NCBI GenBank assembly: GCA_963663965.2
Contig: CAXXFK010000028.1
Location: 544,001 to 608,000 of the forward strand
DNA: 64,000 nt
From: Sedimentisphaerales bacterium
Lineage (GTDB): Bacteria > Planctomycetota > Phycisphaerae > Sedimentisphaerales > SM23-30
Direction of reading: 5' to 3'
Below are positions 49,532 to 60,402 of this stretch, piece after piece; position 1 is the first letter of the stretch, and every line of letters begins with the position of its first letter. Made by a program: the position numbers and the translations under genes. The notes under the pieces are model-generated. The model was not told where the DNA came from. It did no database searches and worked only from the letters and a program-made list of their open reading frames with translations.

Positions 49532-52500
49532 ATGAACCATTGGGCGTGTCGAATCGTTGGTGTTTTTTTATGCATTGCTTTGAGTTCTGTTGGGGTACAG
49601 GCGGCTGAGGCGGAGTTTGCCTGGCAGCGGGATTACGCCAGGGTATCGGAAGCGGGGGATATTGCCTGGACGCCGGAGCCCTTTCGATTTGTGACGGGGG
49701 AGATGGTACGCAATATCGATTTTGACAATGGGTCTGACAGCAACGACGGCGCGACCCGCGAGCGGCCGTGGCGGCATCATCCGTGGGACCGGGCAGCTAC
49801 CGGTCAGGCGGCAGCGGCGAAGGGGGTGGATACCTACGTGTTCAAAGGTGGGGTGATCTACCGGGGTCAGCTGACGGTTAGAGAAAAGGGGATGGCCGGG
49901 AGTCCGATTCGTCTGACGCGTGATCCGGCGTGGGGGAATGGGCCGGCGATTCTAGCGGGATCCCAGCCGGTAACCGGATGGAGCCGGGGGGCTGATCGCA
50001 GCGAAATCCCTGAGCCTCAGGCGGTGTGGAAAGCTACGCTGGATTTCGCACCGAGAACGGTCTGGATGATCGATAGCACGGGCAAGGCGATGCGGATTCC
50101 GCTGGCGCGGCATCCGAACTGGCAGAGTCAGCCGGAAGATCATAAGGCCCAGTGGTTCAGCTGGACGAATAACCGGCATCCATTTCAGGCGAAAGAGGGA
50201 TTCAGCGCGAATGATAGCATAAACCTCCAGGGGCTCGATCCGGACTTTGTCAAGGGCGCTTTGATCTATTCGGAGTTTGGCTGGGTGATGGGGACGCCTT
50301 ATCCCTCGAAGGTGGGTGATTACGATCCGGCCGATGGCTCCGTCAAGTTCGAGCGCTGGACGGGCGGGGGGAACGCATCGATTATCTTTCGGGGGATGCG
50401 GTATTATCTGGAAGACAAGCCGCAGTATCTGGATGATCCGGCAGGTGAGTTCTGGTTCGAGAAGCGCGGCCGGGGCGGGACGCTGTACCTGCGTTTGCCG
50501 GGTGGGATCGAGCCGGGTAGTGTACGGATCGAGGCGGGGCAGTATCCGGATTTGATTCTGGGGGATGATGTGGCGCATCTGGAGATTACGGGGCTGGATT
50601 TTCGCTGGACGACGCAGCCCTGGAACCTGGATGTGGCATCGTGGGATTTCAGCAGCCAGCCCTGGGGAACCCGGCCGGACGCGGAGCCGGCCTGTATCCG
50701 GTTCTGGGGCCGGGCGCAGGATGTGCGGATCGCGAATTGCAACTTTGAGGATGTGGTGATGGGGATCCGGATGCGCGCGATCGGGATCGGTTCGCCGATT
50801 ACCGATATTGTGGTGGAAGACACTGTCTTTCGCAATGGTGATGTGGGCGCGGCCCATTTTACCGCGGGAGCCGGATGGGGGTTTGCCGATCTGGTGGGGG
50901 TATTGGACAATATCTGTCTTTACCGGAACTATGCCACGAATGTCGGGTTTCGCGCGCCCCGTTATGAGCGCGGGTGTACCTTTGATCTGACCCATCCCCT
51001 GCGGGCCCATATCGCCGGGAATGTGGTGGAGCGCTGCGGCGCCCAGGCGATCAATGTGGTGGCGGGAAAAGGGGCGACGCGCGGGGATGTGCCGCTGGTG
51101 CGGGTGTTGATTCATCAGAACAAGGCCTGGAAGACCATGCAGAACGCGAACGATTTTGGCGGGATCGAAAGCTGGCAGCATGGGCCGGTTTATATCTTTA
51201 ATAATCTGAGTTTCGACGCGCGGGGCCAGCAGGAGGGCCGGCGCGTTACCAATAAGCAGGTGGCCGGGTTTGGTCACGCCTATTATCTGGATGGCGGGTT
51301 CAAGAACTATCTGTTCAATAATATCGCCTGGGGGCTGTCGAACGATCCAACCAGTCCGCTGGTCAATTGCGCGGCCTTTCAGGAGATTATCAGTTATCAG
51401 AACACGTTTTTTAATAATACCGCTTATAACTATACCGTGGGTTCACGCCGGCAGGCGCCGCAGGCGGGGCGGGACAAGTTTGTCGGCAATATCTGGCAGG
51501 GGATCAGTGAGCGGGTGTTCCGTCATGCCGATCCGGCTAAAACGGCCGCCGAGGGCAACGCCCGGGACGCCGGGCCGAAAAAGGATCAATACGCGTGCGA
51601 AACGAATGTGTACGCGCGGAATGTCTTTTATGATATTGCCCAGATGGGAGTGTTTGAGCCTTCCGGGCGCTGGCTGGAGACCCTCAACGATTTTCAAACC
51701 GCGCTGAAAAAGGAAAACAGCCTGGTTTCTTATCTGGGTTTTATGGATACGGCTCAATCCCTGCGCAATCCCGGGCAGGGGGACTTCCGGCTGAAGGCCG
51801 GGTCCAAAGCGGTTGACAGCGGGGCGGTGGTTTTTGTGCCGTGGTCGCTTTATGGCGTGGCGGCGGAGTGGAATTTTTATCATGCCGGTGATGAAGTTAC
51901 ACGGATTCTCGATGAGCACTGGTATGCCAAAGACTATCTGACCGGTCGGGATGATTATTATCTGCAACCCATGTATCCGTTGACCGGGGTAAATATCGGT
52001 TCGGAGGATTATGTGGATGGGCCGCTGGAAAATTTTGTGGCCGGGGCGTTGCAGCTGACGCCGGCTAAAAAGAGCTACGCGGTGCTGACGCATGCCGATT
52101 TGACCCGGCCCTATACGGTGAAGCTGGCGACGCGGGCCAACCATGGCCAGGATCCGCTGGTTAAGGAGGTAACCTATGTTGGGGATGATCTGAAGACGGC
52201 CGCGATCGAGAATGGCAATTTTCTGATTGAGGTCTATTTCAAGGCGGGTGCGGATGGCCTGATTGTGGGCAAGAAGCAGGGAGCGGGTTATCGGCTGTCG
52301 CTGCGAGAGGGTCGGGCCCGGTTTGAGGTGGCCGGAGATGGAGGGTTACGGGCGGAATTGATCTCACAGCAGCAACTGGCCGATGGGCAGTGGCACCATC
52401 TGGTGGCAGAGGCGGACCGGCAGGCTAAAACGCTGGCGCTTTATGTCGATGGCAAGCTGGTTCAACGCGGGGCTGGATTGGGGCCGGTTTCGCTGGCGAA

Positions 52501-52714
52501 TGAAAGTGATTTGTTTGTGGGCGGCAGTCCGGATGGGGATTACCTGGATGGCACGCTGGAATTCATGCGGATTGCCCGCGGGACGCTGGCGGATGCTTTT
52601 ACGACGATTGAGGAACTCTACGCCTGGGAATTTGACGGCCCGGCCCGGCGCGATATGAGCGGCGCTGCTGTCAGAGGGCGCGGGCGTGACGCGGGCGCGA
52701 TTGAGAGTTTTTGA
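49532..52714 (+). CDS. Secreted right-handed beta-helix protein with C-terminal LamG domain
   Basis: GSDSNDG..PW start, Asn-rich repeats (DFGGIE, YYLDGG, FNNTAY) and LADGQWHHLV...LYVDG. Confidence 0.75.
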   Translation: MNHWACRIVGVFLCIALSSVGVQAAEAEFAWQRDYARVSEAGDIAWTPEPFRFVTGEMVRNIDFDNGSDSNDGATRERPWRHHPWDRAATGQAAAAKGVDTYVFKGGVIYRGQLTVREKGMAGSPIRLTRDPAWGNGPAILAGSQPVTGWSRGADRSEIPEPQAVWKATLDFAPRTVWMIDSTGKAMRIPLARHPNWQSQPEDHKAQWFSWTNNRHPFQAKEGFSANDSINLQGLDPDFVKGALIYSEFGWVMGTPYPSKVGDYDPADGSVKFERWTGGGNASIIFRGMRYYLEDKPQYLDDPAGEFWFEKRGRGGTLYLRLPGGIEPGSVRIEAGQYPDLILGDDVAHLEITGLDFRWTTQPWNLDVASWDFSSQPWGTRPDAEPACIRFWGRAQDVRIANCNFEDVVMGIRMRAIGIGSPITDIVVEDTVFRNGDVGAAHFTAGAGWGFADLVGVLDNICLYRNYATNVGFRAPRYERGCTFDLTHPLRAHIAGNVVERCGAQAINVVAGKGATRGDVPLVRVLIHQNKAWKTMQNANDFGGIESWQHGPVYIFNNLSFDARGQQEGRRVTNKQVAGFGHAYYLDGGFKNYLFNNIAWGLSNDPTSPLVNCAAFQEIISYQNTFFNNTAYNYTVGSRRQAPQAGRDKFVGNIWQGISERVFRHADPAKTAAEGNARDAGPKKDQYACETNVYARNVFYDIAQMGVFEPSGRWLETLNDFQTALKKENSLVSYLGFMDTAQSLRNPGQGDFRLKAGSKAVDSGAVVFVPWSLYGVAAEWNFYHAGDEVTRILDEHWYAKDYLTGRDDYYLQPMYPLTGVNIGSEDYVDGPLENFVAGALQLTPAKKSYAVLTHADLTRPYTVKLATRANHGQDPLVKEVTYVGDDLKTAAIENGNFLIEVYFKAGADGLIVGKKQGAGYRLSLREGRARFEVAGDGGLRAELISQQQLADGQWHHLVAEADRQAKTLALYVDGKLVQRGAGLGPVSLANESDLFVGGSPDGDYLDGTLEFMRIARGTLADAFTTIEELYAWEFDGPARRDMSGAAVRGRGRDAGAIESF

Positions 52715-53137
52715 TTGGGTTGGGGGAGACGCACCCGCAAGCTGTGGTTGCAGGTGGCATACCGATCAGAGAGACTGAGGTCACTGGCCGGTCTATCCTC
52801 CTCTCAGGCCACTCAAATGTAATGACAGGTGGTTTTTACGGTAAAATATTGCCAAAATTCCACACTTTTTTCTGGACCTAACAAAATAGTCATAGATGCG
52901 AGATGATTTTCAAAGATTAACTTCTTTTTAGGTTGCCTGTTGTCGATAAGAGACTATAACATGATGAGGAAGATGAGTTTATTATTAACCCGGAGATTGG
53001 GAGGGCTGGGGGAATCTGATTTCTGAAAATTCTACGTCAGGTACGCCTTGTTGTTGTGTGAAAGAGATTTTGTATAACGATAGACGCTTTAAGGAGATGG
53101 AACGTTGAGGATGGGTATATTAAAAAGGATATTTGCT

Positions 53138-56100
53138 ATGTATAGAAAATTCTTGTTTTCCGCGATTGTCTTAATCTTGACGCTTAATTGCTCTTGGGCC
53201 GATAAACCCGAATATGTCTCAAATGGCAAGCGGTATATGACTGAGCGTATGCTCATCATGAAGAGCGACAAGAAGATACTTCGTGAACATAAGTTCCAGG
53301 AATGGGAGCAGGAAAAGCGTGAAATTATTCCGGTCATTATTAACCTCAATATCTGTTCAGAAGATGAAGGAGCGGATATCCCAGCAGAGATGGTGTTGGA
53401 AGAACGAATTATTGTTCAGCAGGATCGAATTCTTGATAAATTGCTGAAGAATAAGAAAGTTAGAATCCGTTACATCTTCCAACTTATACCATCTATTTCT
53501 TGCGAGATTCCAGCCAATCTCCTGAACTCTTTATCCATAAATCCAATAATAGATTCTGTTGAGCCAATTGAAAAAGGAAAGCTGCTGACCAAGCAGGGTA
53601 TTCCACAAATTGGAGGAGATGTTTACAGGTCTCAATACACCGGAAATGGTATTTCTATTGCTATAGTCGATAATGGTATTGAGGCCGACCATCCCTATCT
53701 TGGAGACGGAGAATTTGGCGTTTTAACAGCAAAAATTAAAGGCGGGAGAAGTTTTGTTCCAGGTGATGGATCCTATGTAACCCCTTCAGACACCCACGGT
53801 ACAGCATGTGCCGGAATTGCAGCAGGAGGCTTAGATTATAAGGAGTTAAACGATGATTATATCGGAGGTGTTGCTTATAATTCTCATCTCTATTCTTTGA
53901 AAATACTTGAAGGAAAAAATGATATTGAATCCGATGTTGTGTGTTCTGCGATTGAGTGGTGTACACTTCAAAAAGAATACGTAGATTCGAGTTTGCTCGT
54001 AATAAGTATGAGTTTTGGGGTAAATGGTTTTTTGAGCCCCTACGATGGATATTGCGACAATAAATACACTTCTTTATACAATGCAGTAAATGTTGCAAAA
54101 GGTAAAGGAATTACTTTGGTCGCTGCTTCAGGTAACGATGGAGATACCAATGGTATGAATAGCCCTGCTTGCTTATCAAATGTAATCTCTGTGGGTGCAG
54201 TATACGATAATTCTATACCAAACTACAAGTATATAGATAATAATACTGTCATCTGTGGACCTGAGCAGGGTGAACCGGATAAGGTGGCTTGTTTTTCTAA
54301 CAGTTCTTGGAGCTTGGATTTGTTAGCACCATCATATCAGGCGGCTACCACTATAATAGGCGGGTCTATCTATGACGGTTTTTCAGGCACTTCAGCGGCT
54401 TGTCCATATGTGGCTGGAGCAGTTGCGGTCATTCAAGAAGCTGCTGATGATATACTCGGTCATTATTTGACTCCTGACGAAATCCGTGAAAAATTAACCT
54501 CAACAGGTGACAACATTGCAGACCACAGGGCGGGCGCAAACAACAGAGTGACTCCAAGAATCAATATTGCAAAAGCCATCCAGTCGATGATGCACAAGGT
54601 AACGGTCTCTTCGGACTCGAACGGCTCTATCGACCCGATAGGTGAAGTCTATGTAAAGCCGGGAGGCAGTCTGGTTTTTAATGCGACACCTTCTGCCGGT
54701 TATGTAGTCGATGTATGGAAGAAGAAAGGAGTTGTTGTACAAAGCGGCGGCACTTACTATCCTCTCACAAATGTAACTGCCCCATGCACCCTAGAGGTTA
54801 CTTTTAAGTATCCGGCCTCTCAAGGCACCACTGTCCCATTAACGGCAACCGAATACGCAAATATTTACAGCAACAGTCCAACTGTAAACAATACCTATGC
54901 GAATGTCATGCAAATTTACTATCAGGGACCACCCTATAACTATTGGGCGGGCTTGCTCAAGTTCAATCTAAACGGAATACCGGCGGGCAGCACCATTAAC
55001 TCGGCACGATTGGAACTCAATTGCTTGCGAGATGATGGGAATAATAATATCGGCCTTTTAAAATGTATAAGCGGTTGGACACAAAGTACCGTATGCTGGA
55101 ATAACGTTCCCGATACAGGCGGCGTTACTTTTAACAGCGATTCAAGCGGAGTTGGGACATGGATATGGGTCAATCCCTATTTAGATCAATATGTACAAAG
55201 CTGGATTGATGATCCCAGCATGAATTATGGATTATTTTTAGGGGCCAATACATATGGTTTTGCTGAATTTTCCAATGGCAGTAGCGGGGTCTCTTATGTT
55301 AAACGCCCTAAGCTTGTGGTCGATTACTCAGGGCCGCCACCTGCGGATTTGATCGTCAGGGACTTAGATCCCACTCCAACTCCAGATGGCGGGGTCTATT
55401 ATGTTGGTGATACCATTAATTGGGAGGTGGATGTCAAAAATAATTCTACACATGGGTATGCCGATGAAACAAAGGCGAGTTTTCATATCGTCTCTTCATT
55501 ATCAGAGACGCTGAACGCTACCAATTTCATTGATGATCAAATCATTGAACCATTGGAACCCGGAAAGTCTGACAGCGGCTCGGTAAGCTATCCTTTTGAA
55601 GATTCTGATGTCGGCACCCGCTATGTCATTGCCAAGGCGGATTACTATGATGTCGTAGATGAGTTGGATGAAGGCAATAACACCCGTGTTTATGGGCCAT
55701 TTACCGTGTCCAGGAGGGGAAGCCTGTTTGTGCTACTGGAACCGAAAGAAATTCATGACAGTGATGCTAAATGGAGCATTGATGGAACCCACTGGTATGA
55801 TAGCGGCCATACACTGACGAATATCCCCGCCGGTACATATATGCTTTCGTATCAAACGGTTGCCGACTGGAATGCGCCGGCAAGCCTGCCTGTTCATATA
55901 AACAACAATACGACGAAATCTTTATCACGGGTGTACACTAAACGGTACGATATCGACAGAAATAATATAGTAGATCTTTCTGATTTGTCGCTACTCGCCG
56001 ACAGGTGGCAGGATGTGTCTTGCGGTGAGGCATACTGGTGCAATGAGGCTGATATCGACAGGTCTGGCGTTGTAGATTTCAACGACTTAGCTATCTTAGC

Positions 56101-56644
56101 GGATAATTGGCTCGATGCTTATCGATGGGATAGCACATGGCTTGAAAATATGAACTTTGAATTTGGAGATTTGACCCATTGGAGGGTCTCGGAATGCGGT
56201 TTCTTTTTGGATTCAATAATGATCGAGAATGCGCCATTAAGTACAGAAGGAGAGTATAGCGCCAGAGCCGATTTACAAGCTACATATGCTGGTGAAGAGG
56301 CTTTTTATCTTGAAGGTTGCATAAATCTATATCGGCATTTTGATTTACCTTGGACTGGGGATTGGCAAGTGTCATTTGACGCCCAGCTACTGTGTGATGA
56401 CTATCCAATGCCTGATCGCTCTCTAATGGATGTGGTACTAAATAGAACTTGGCTTGACACCATACCCGATGAAACCCCATACTATATTTTACCAAATAAG
56501 AGGTATACATTCTCTGGGCAGTTGACAGCGACTTCATCTTTAGACATGTCCATTAATATGAGAACACCATGGTATAGTCAATGGGAAAATAGAATTTCTC
56601 TGCTTATTGACAACTGCCGAATAATTCCTGTTGAGAGCAATTAA
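53138..56644 (+). CDS. S8 subtilisin-like peptidase with DNRLRE-like, CARDB-like and dockerin-like domains
   Basis: Catalytic IAIVDNG, HGTACAG, AASGN and SGTSAACP; CARDB-like PADLIV...VDELDEGNN; paired DIDR..VD..DL..LA..W. Confidence 0.85.
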   Translation: MYRKFLFSAIVLILTLNCSWADKPEYVSNGKRYMTERMLIMKSDKKILREHKFQEWEQEKREIIPVIINLNICSEDEGADIPAEMVLEERIIVQQDRILDKLLKNKKVRIRYIFQLIPSISCEIPANLLNSLSINPIIDSVEPIEKGKLLTKQGIPQIGGDVYRSQYTGNGISIAIVDNGIEADHPYLGDGEFGVLTAKIKGGRSFVPGDGSYVTPSDTHGTACAGIAAGGLDYKELNDDYIGGVAYNSHLYSLKILEGKNDIESDVVCSAIEWCTLQKEYVDSSLLVISMSFGVNGFLSPYDGYCDNKYTSLYNAVNVAKGKGITLVAASGNDGDTNGMNSPACLSNVISVGAVYDNSIPNYKYIDNNTVICGPEQGEPDKVACFSNSSWSLDLLAPSYQAATTIIGGSIYDGFSGTSAACPYVAGAVAVIQEAADDILGHYLTPDEIREKLTSTGDNIADHRAGANNRVTPRINIAKAIQSMMHKVTVSSDSNGSIDPIGEVYVKPGGSLVFNATPSAGYVVDVWKKKGVVVQSGGTYYPLTNVTAPCTLEVTFKYPASQGTTVPLTATEYANIYSNSPTVNNTYANVMQIYYQGPPYNYWAGLLKFNLNGIPAGSTINSARLELNCLRDDGNNNIGLLKCISGWTQSTVCWNNVPDTGGVTFNSDSSGVGTWIWVNPYLDQYVQSWIDDPSMNYGLFLGANTYGFAEFSNGSSGVSYVKRPKLVVDYSGPPPADLIVRDLDPTPTPDGGVYYVGDTINWEVDVKNNSTHGYADETKASFHIVSSLSETLNATNFIDDQIIEPLEPGKSDSGSVSYPFEDSDVGTRYVIAKADYYDVVDELDEGNNTRVYGPFTVSRRGSLFVLLEPKEIHDSDAKWSIDGTHWYDSGHTLTNIPAGTYMLSYQTVADWNAPASLPVHINNNTTKSLSRVYTKRYDIDRNNIVDLSDLSLLADRWQDVSCGEAYWCNEADIDRSGVVDFNDLAILADNWLDAYRWDSTWLENMNFEFGDLTHWRVSECGFFLDSIMIENAPLSTEGEYSARADLQATYAGEEAFYLEGCINLYRHFDLPWTGDWQVSFDAQLLCDDYPMPDRSLMDVVLNRTWLDTIPDETPYYILPNKRYTFSGQLTATSSLDMSINMRTPWYSQWENRISLLIDNCRIIPVESN

Positions 56645-56730
56645 AAATATTAGCGGCGGCGTGGTCCTGGCAATCTGTGCGGGGTAACAAATGACGGCTG
56701 GGATCCTCGGTTCGGCTGGTCGACGTAGCG

Positions 56731-56877
56731 GCCCGACAAGCCAAAACGCTGGCGGATGCCTTTACGACGATTGAGGAACTCTGGGCCTGGGAATTTGACG
56801 GCCCGGCCCGGCGCGATATGAGCGGGGCGGCGGTCAGAGGGCGCGGACGTGACGCGGGCGCGATTGAGAGTTTTTGA
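56731..56877 (+). pseudogene. Duplicated, internally deleted 3' end of the 49532..52714 gene
   Basis: 56746-56877 aligns without gaps to 52583-52714, including the stop codon. Confidence 0.85.
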
Positions 56878-56984
56878 TTGGTTTGTGGGAGATTGTTTGT
56901 CGTAATGAGACAGAAATACCCGTATAAGTTAAAGAAGAAAATTTTAGACAGGATTAATAGGATAGATCAGGAAAAGCATTCCCT

Positions 56985-57260
56985 ATGAAAATACAAAAAA
57001 GGTTAATCCAACTTATTTGGTATTATTACTGGATAATGTTTATCTTGATCATTGGCGCTGCTTTTACACTCGACTTGAACCGTTCGATCTATTTTCTTCC
57101 CAGAGGTATATCAATTATTCTAACGGAATTTATGTTTATGAGTAATGTTGTAGCCGGAATCCTATTGCTGTTGTTAGATGTGCGTCATCGGTTACTTGTT
57201 TTAATCGCACTCCTGGTTATGGTCCTTTTTGGCCTGCCGGATGTGTTTGGCGGTTTTTAG
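56985..57260 (+). CDS. Small hydrophobic membrane protein
   Basis: 91 aa with about 3 TM segments; low GC. Confidence 0.5.
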   Translation: MKIQKRLIQLIWYYYWIMFILIIGAAFTLDLNRSIYFLPRGISIILTEFMFMSNVVAGILLLLLDVRHRLLVLIALLVMVLFGLPDVFGGF

Positions 57261-57377
57261 TTCAGTTGAAGTTTCTTTGGTCTGCTGCACCTGACGGAAT
57301 GATTTGAGGCAGAATATTTTGGACAGGATATGTGGTATGGTTCGCAATATGAATTCGTACATTGCAGGCGGTACTGA

Positions 57378-59441
57378 TTACTGGCGGTAGAGGCGTTGCA
57401 CTGTCAGGTGTTGCAGTAGGGTGTTGGGGGTGAGTTGGATCGGGAGGCCGTCGATGAGGCGGGCACCGGGGTGGATGGCGGGTGTGTTGGTATCGGTGGT
57501 GATCTGATACTCCTGGGCGGGCTCTACAGTGAACCACTGTGGGAACTGATTGATGCGGGGGTAATCGAGTGGGAGTTTCATGAAGGCGCGGTAACGGGGC
57601 TGGTCGAAGATCAAAACGCCGGACCAGGGCTGGTCGGCTATCAGGCTGAGGTGGAGTCGATTATCCTGGCAGACCGCGCCCAGGCAGACATCATCGCGCC
57701 AGGGCTGGATGGTGACGCCCTGCTGTTTCCAGAGCGCCCACATGATGGCTGTGCGGGCGTAGTTGCCATCCCCGTGCCAGCCTTCGATGGTGCCATCCGG
57801 TTTCTGGATGTCGAGCATGCGGTTGATATTGGCGTCGATCCAGTCGGGAACCCCGGCGCTATCCGGTTCGCGATTGAACAGGTTGAGCGCGCCTTCAACC
57901 GAATCGGCGATGCCATCCGCACTCTGACCCTCCCAGGGGAATTTCCAGTAATGGTCTTTCAGATTGGACAGGGCCAACCGGGTCGCCTGGCGATAAGGCT
58001 CTTCCCGGTCGAGCAGATAGACGGTATAGAACCCATTATAGTTGTAGCCCCAGTTGTCATGGATAGTGGGGTTGAGGACGGCGCCGGTGCGTGGATTGAT
58101 GGTCTGGTACATGAGGCCGTATTCGTTGCGGCCGTATTTGAGGATATCATCCAGCATGGACTGGATAGGCTGACGATAGGCGCGGGCTTTGGCCGGGCGG
58201 GCCGTGTGGCAGGCGGCGTAAACCTCGGTCAGGCCGGAGATGAGTTCGCAGTTATGATCGCGCAGGCCCAGTTCGGTAAAGTCGCGGGTGGGGTGGTGAT
58301 CGCCCAGCAGGTAGTAATCGGCGATGCGGCAGGCCATATCGAGATAGCGAGTATTGCCGGCATTGAAATAGAGGCGGCTGAGGACCTGCATCATTTCACC
58401 GTTGACTTCGACGTTATTGGAAGGGAGCCGGCCGAAGGGGGTCTCGAAAGGGGCCTGGTCGAGGATGCTGTCGATGATGGCGGTCATGCGTTGGGACCAG
58501 GGGGTGGGGCCGAGCCATTCGGTAATGGGCATGAGGCCGTCCTTAACGTATTCGGAGCCATTGAAGATCAGGCTGTCGAGGCTTTCCTTTTCGTAGCGGT
58601 GTTTCCGGGTATCGAAGTCGTATTGCGCGGGCAGGCCGTTGGCCTGGGTGGCGATACGGGTTTCGGTATGGAGAATGTCGAGCATGCGGCCCTGATACAG
58701 GGCGCGGTCGGTCAGGGCGGCGGTCAGGACCATAAATGCGTAGTTGTCGGCGGCGGCGTCTTTGCCGTTCCAGAGGTTCTTGTCGCGGGACAGATTGCGA
58801 GGAATCAGGCCGGTTGTGGGATCGGTGTGGCTGAGCCAGCCATCCACATATTTGCGGCAGCGGCGCAGGGCTTCGTTGGCCTGACGGCCGTGGATGAACG
58901 CGCGGCGGGTGATGGCGAGTTGATCATTCTGGAGTTCACGCGCCCAGAGTTCCAGTTGAGTGGGCGGTGGGCTGGTGAGCTGGATCAGGTGGGAATCGGC
59001 GGGCGGCAGTTCACCATCCGGCGGGGTATCGGGTGTGGTCAGCCGGATAGCGGCCAGGAAGGCGGCTTTGGGCTGGTCGGGCTTGAGGGTGATCTGGTAG
59101 TTTTCTGTATCGGCGGCAGCGGCGGGGAGTTGGATCCGCTGCCACTGGAAGTCGTTGTAGTCGCCGGCTTTAATGGCAATGGGAGAAGTGTTGTTGACGA
59201 TAAGGATGGCCGCGCGCTGATCATTTTTGGCGCCCCAAAGCAGATCGAGTACATAGTCGGCAGTGGGTTTGATGGCAATGGTCAGGTAGAGCGGGCTGTC
59301 GCCGAGAAAGTGGTAAGGTGTGCCCAGGTATTTCTGGTTATCCGGAGCGTTGAACCGGAGCCAGGCGGCGGGCTCGGCCCGGAGGTGGCCGGTTAGTATG
59401 ATTAAGACCAATACGGGGACTATTCTGGATTGAGTTGACAT
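57378..59441 (-). CDS. Secreted hypothetical protein, possibly six-hairpin glycosidase-like
   Basis: Signal peptide; acidic and aromatic motifs (AADNYAF, LRDHNCE, DNWGYNYN, EGWHGDGNYART); family assignment weak. Confidence 0.6.
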   Translation of the reverse strand: MSTQSRIVPVLVLIILTGHLRAEPAAWLRFNAPDNQKYLGTPYHFLGDSPLYLTIAIKPTADYVLDLLWGAKNDQRAAILIVNNTSPIAIKAGDYNDFQWQRIQLPAAAADTENYQITLKPDQPKAAFLAAIRLTTPDTPPDGELPPADSHLIQLTSPPPTQLELWARELQNDQLAITRRAFIHGRQANEALRRCRKYVDGWLSHTDPTTGLIPRNLSRDKNLWNGKDAAADNYAFMVLTAALTDRALYQGRMLDILHTETRIATQANGLPAQYDFDTRKHRYEKESLDSLIFNGSEYVKDGLMPITEWLGPTPWSQRMTAIIDSILDQAPFETPFGRLPSNNVEVNGEMMQVLSRLYFNAGNTRYLDMACRIADYYLLGDHHPTRDFTELGLRDHNCELISGLTEVYAACHTARPAKARAYRQPIQSMLDDILKYGRNEYGLMYQTINPRTGAVLNPTIHDNWGYNYNGFYTVYLLDREEPYRQATRLALSNLKDHYWKFPWEGQSADGIADSVEGALNLFNREPDSAGVPDWIDANINRMLDIQKPDGTIEGWHGDGNYARTAIMWALWKQQGVTIQPWRDDVCLGAVCQDNRLHLSLIADQPWSGVLIFDQPRYRAFMKLPLDYPRINQFPQWFTVEPAQEYQITTDTNTPAIHPGARLIDGLPIQLTPNTLLQHLTVQRLYRQ

Positions 59442-59700
59442 GGCTGTTATCCTGGCAGGGTTGAGCGATGTAACCGGTTGATAAGACATTCATTGGAATT
59501 GTAAGGGATTGGATTGGGTTTGAAAATGAGAAATTGCATGGTAAGGTAAAATCGAGTATGAAATGGTTTTTTCTTGCTCCTGCGGCGGCGCTTTTTGTAA
59601 AATTGATAGATTCGTTAAGGAAGTAGTGTTTTTTTAACCGTGAATCTGGGAAATATTCGTTTAAGTAAATGACACAGGCATCATGTGAGGATCTGTATGC

Positions 59701-60402
59701 ATGAACCATTCTGATACCCAAGTTCATCAGCCGGGAACACCCGCGGGAGGGGTCTTTACTCTCCCGATTGTGGGCATTGTGCTGATTTCCTGTGTCTGCG
59801 GCTGGTTTATGATGCAATTGGAGATTCTCGGTGTGCGAATTCTGGTGCCGTATTTCGGCAGTACGGTTACGGTGGTGACCGGCAGCGTGATCGGCGTGTT
59901 TCTGCTGAGTCTTTCGGTTGGCTATTTACTGGGCGGCTGGTTGTGCGGCAAGCTGAATGCCTGGGTCTGGCTGGGGATTGTGATGATGTTGGTCGGGGTA
60001 TGGAAATATGCCATTCCCATCATCAAAGATCCGATCTGTGATCCAATTTCCATGTCCCAGATCGATGAAAAGTGGGGGTCTCTGCTGGCGTCGCTGATTC
60101 TGTTCGGCGTGCCCACGGTGCTGCTGGGTACGGTTTCGCCTACCGTGGTGCACTGGCTGACCGCCCGGACGGGTAACTCCGGTTTCAGCGCCGGGCTGGT
60201 GCTGGCGGCCTCCACCATGGCCGGTTTCACGGGGTGTGTGGTGACGGCGTTTTATCTGGTGTTGTATTCGCTGCAAGCCACGCTCAAAAATTCCGGGATC
60301 ATCCTGGTGGGACTGGGGGGCATTGTGCTGGTGACCACTCTGCAGCTTATGCGCGCGCGGAAAAAAACTGATGTGATATCCAAGGAGGTAAAACATGACT
60401 AA
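59701..60402 (+). CDS. Membrane domain of an MFS/spermidine-synthase-like system
   Basis: LEILGVRILVPYFGS, SVIGVFLLSLSVGYLLGG and LLGTVSP motifs. Confidence 0.8.
   Translation: MNHSDTQVHQPGTPAGGVFTLPIVGIVLISCVCGWFMMQLEILGVRILVPYFGSTVTVVTGSVIGVFLLSLSVGYLLGGWLCGKLNAWVWLGIVMMLVGVWKYAIPIIKDPICDPISMSQIDEKWGSLLASLILFGVPTVLLGTVSPTVVHWLTARTGNSGFSAGLVLAASTMAGFTGCVVTAFYLVLYSLQATLKNSGIILVGLGGIVLVTTLQLMRARKKTDVISKEVKHD

Noticed and set aside
52583..56877. Diversity-generating retroelement TR/VR pair
   Set aside because: Mismatches are not adenine-specific, are mostly synonymous, and there is no reverse transcriptase in the window
57435..59396. 653-aa plus-strand ORF
   Set aside because: Antisense shadow of the minus-strand secreted protein; no motifs
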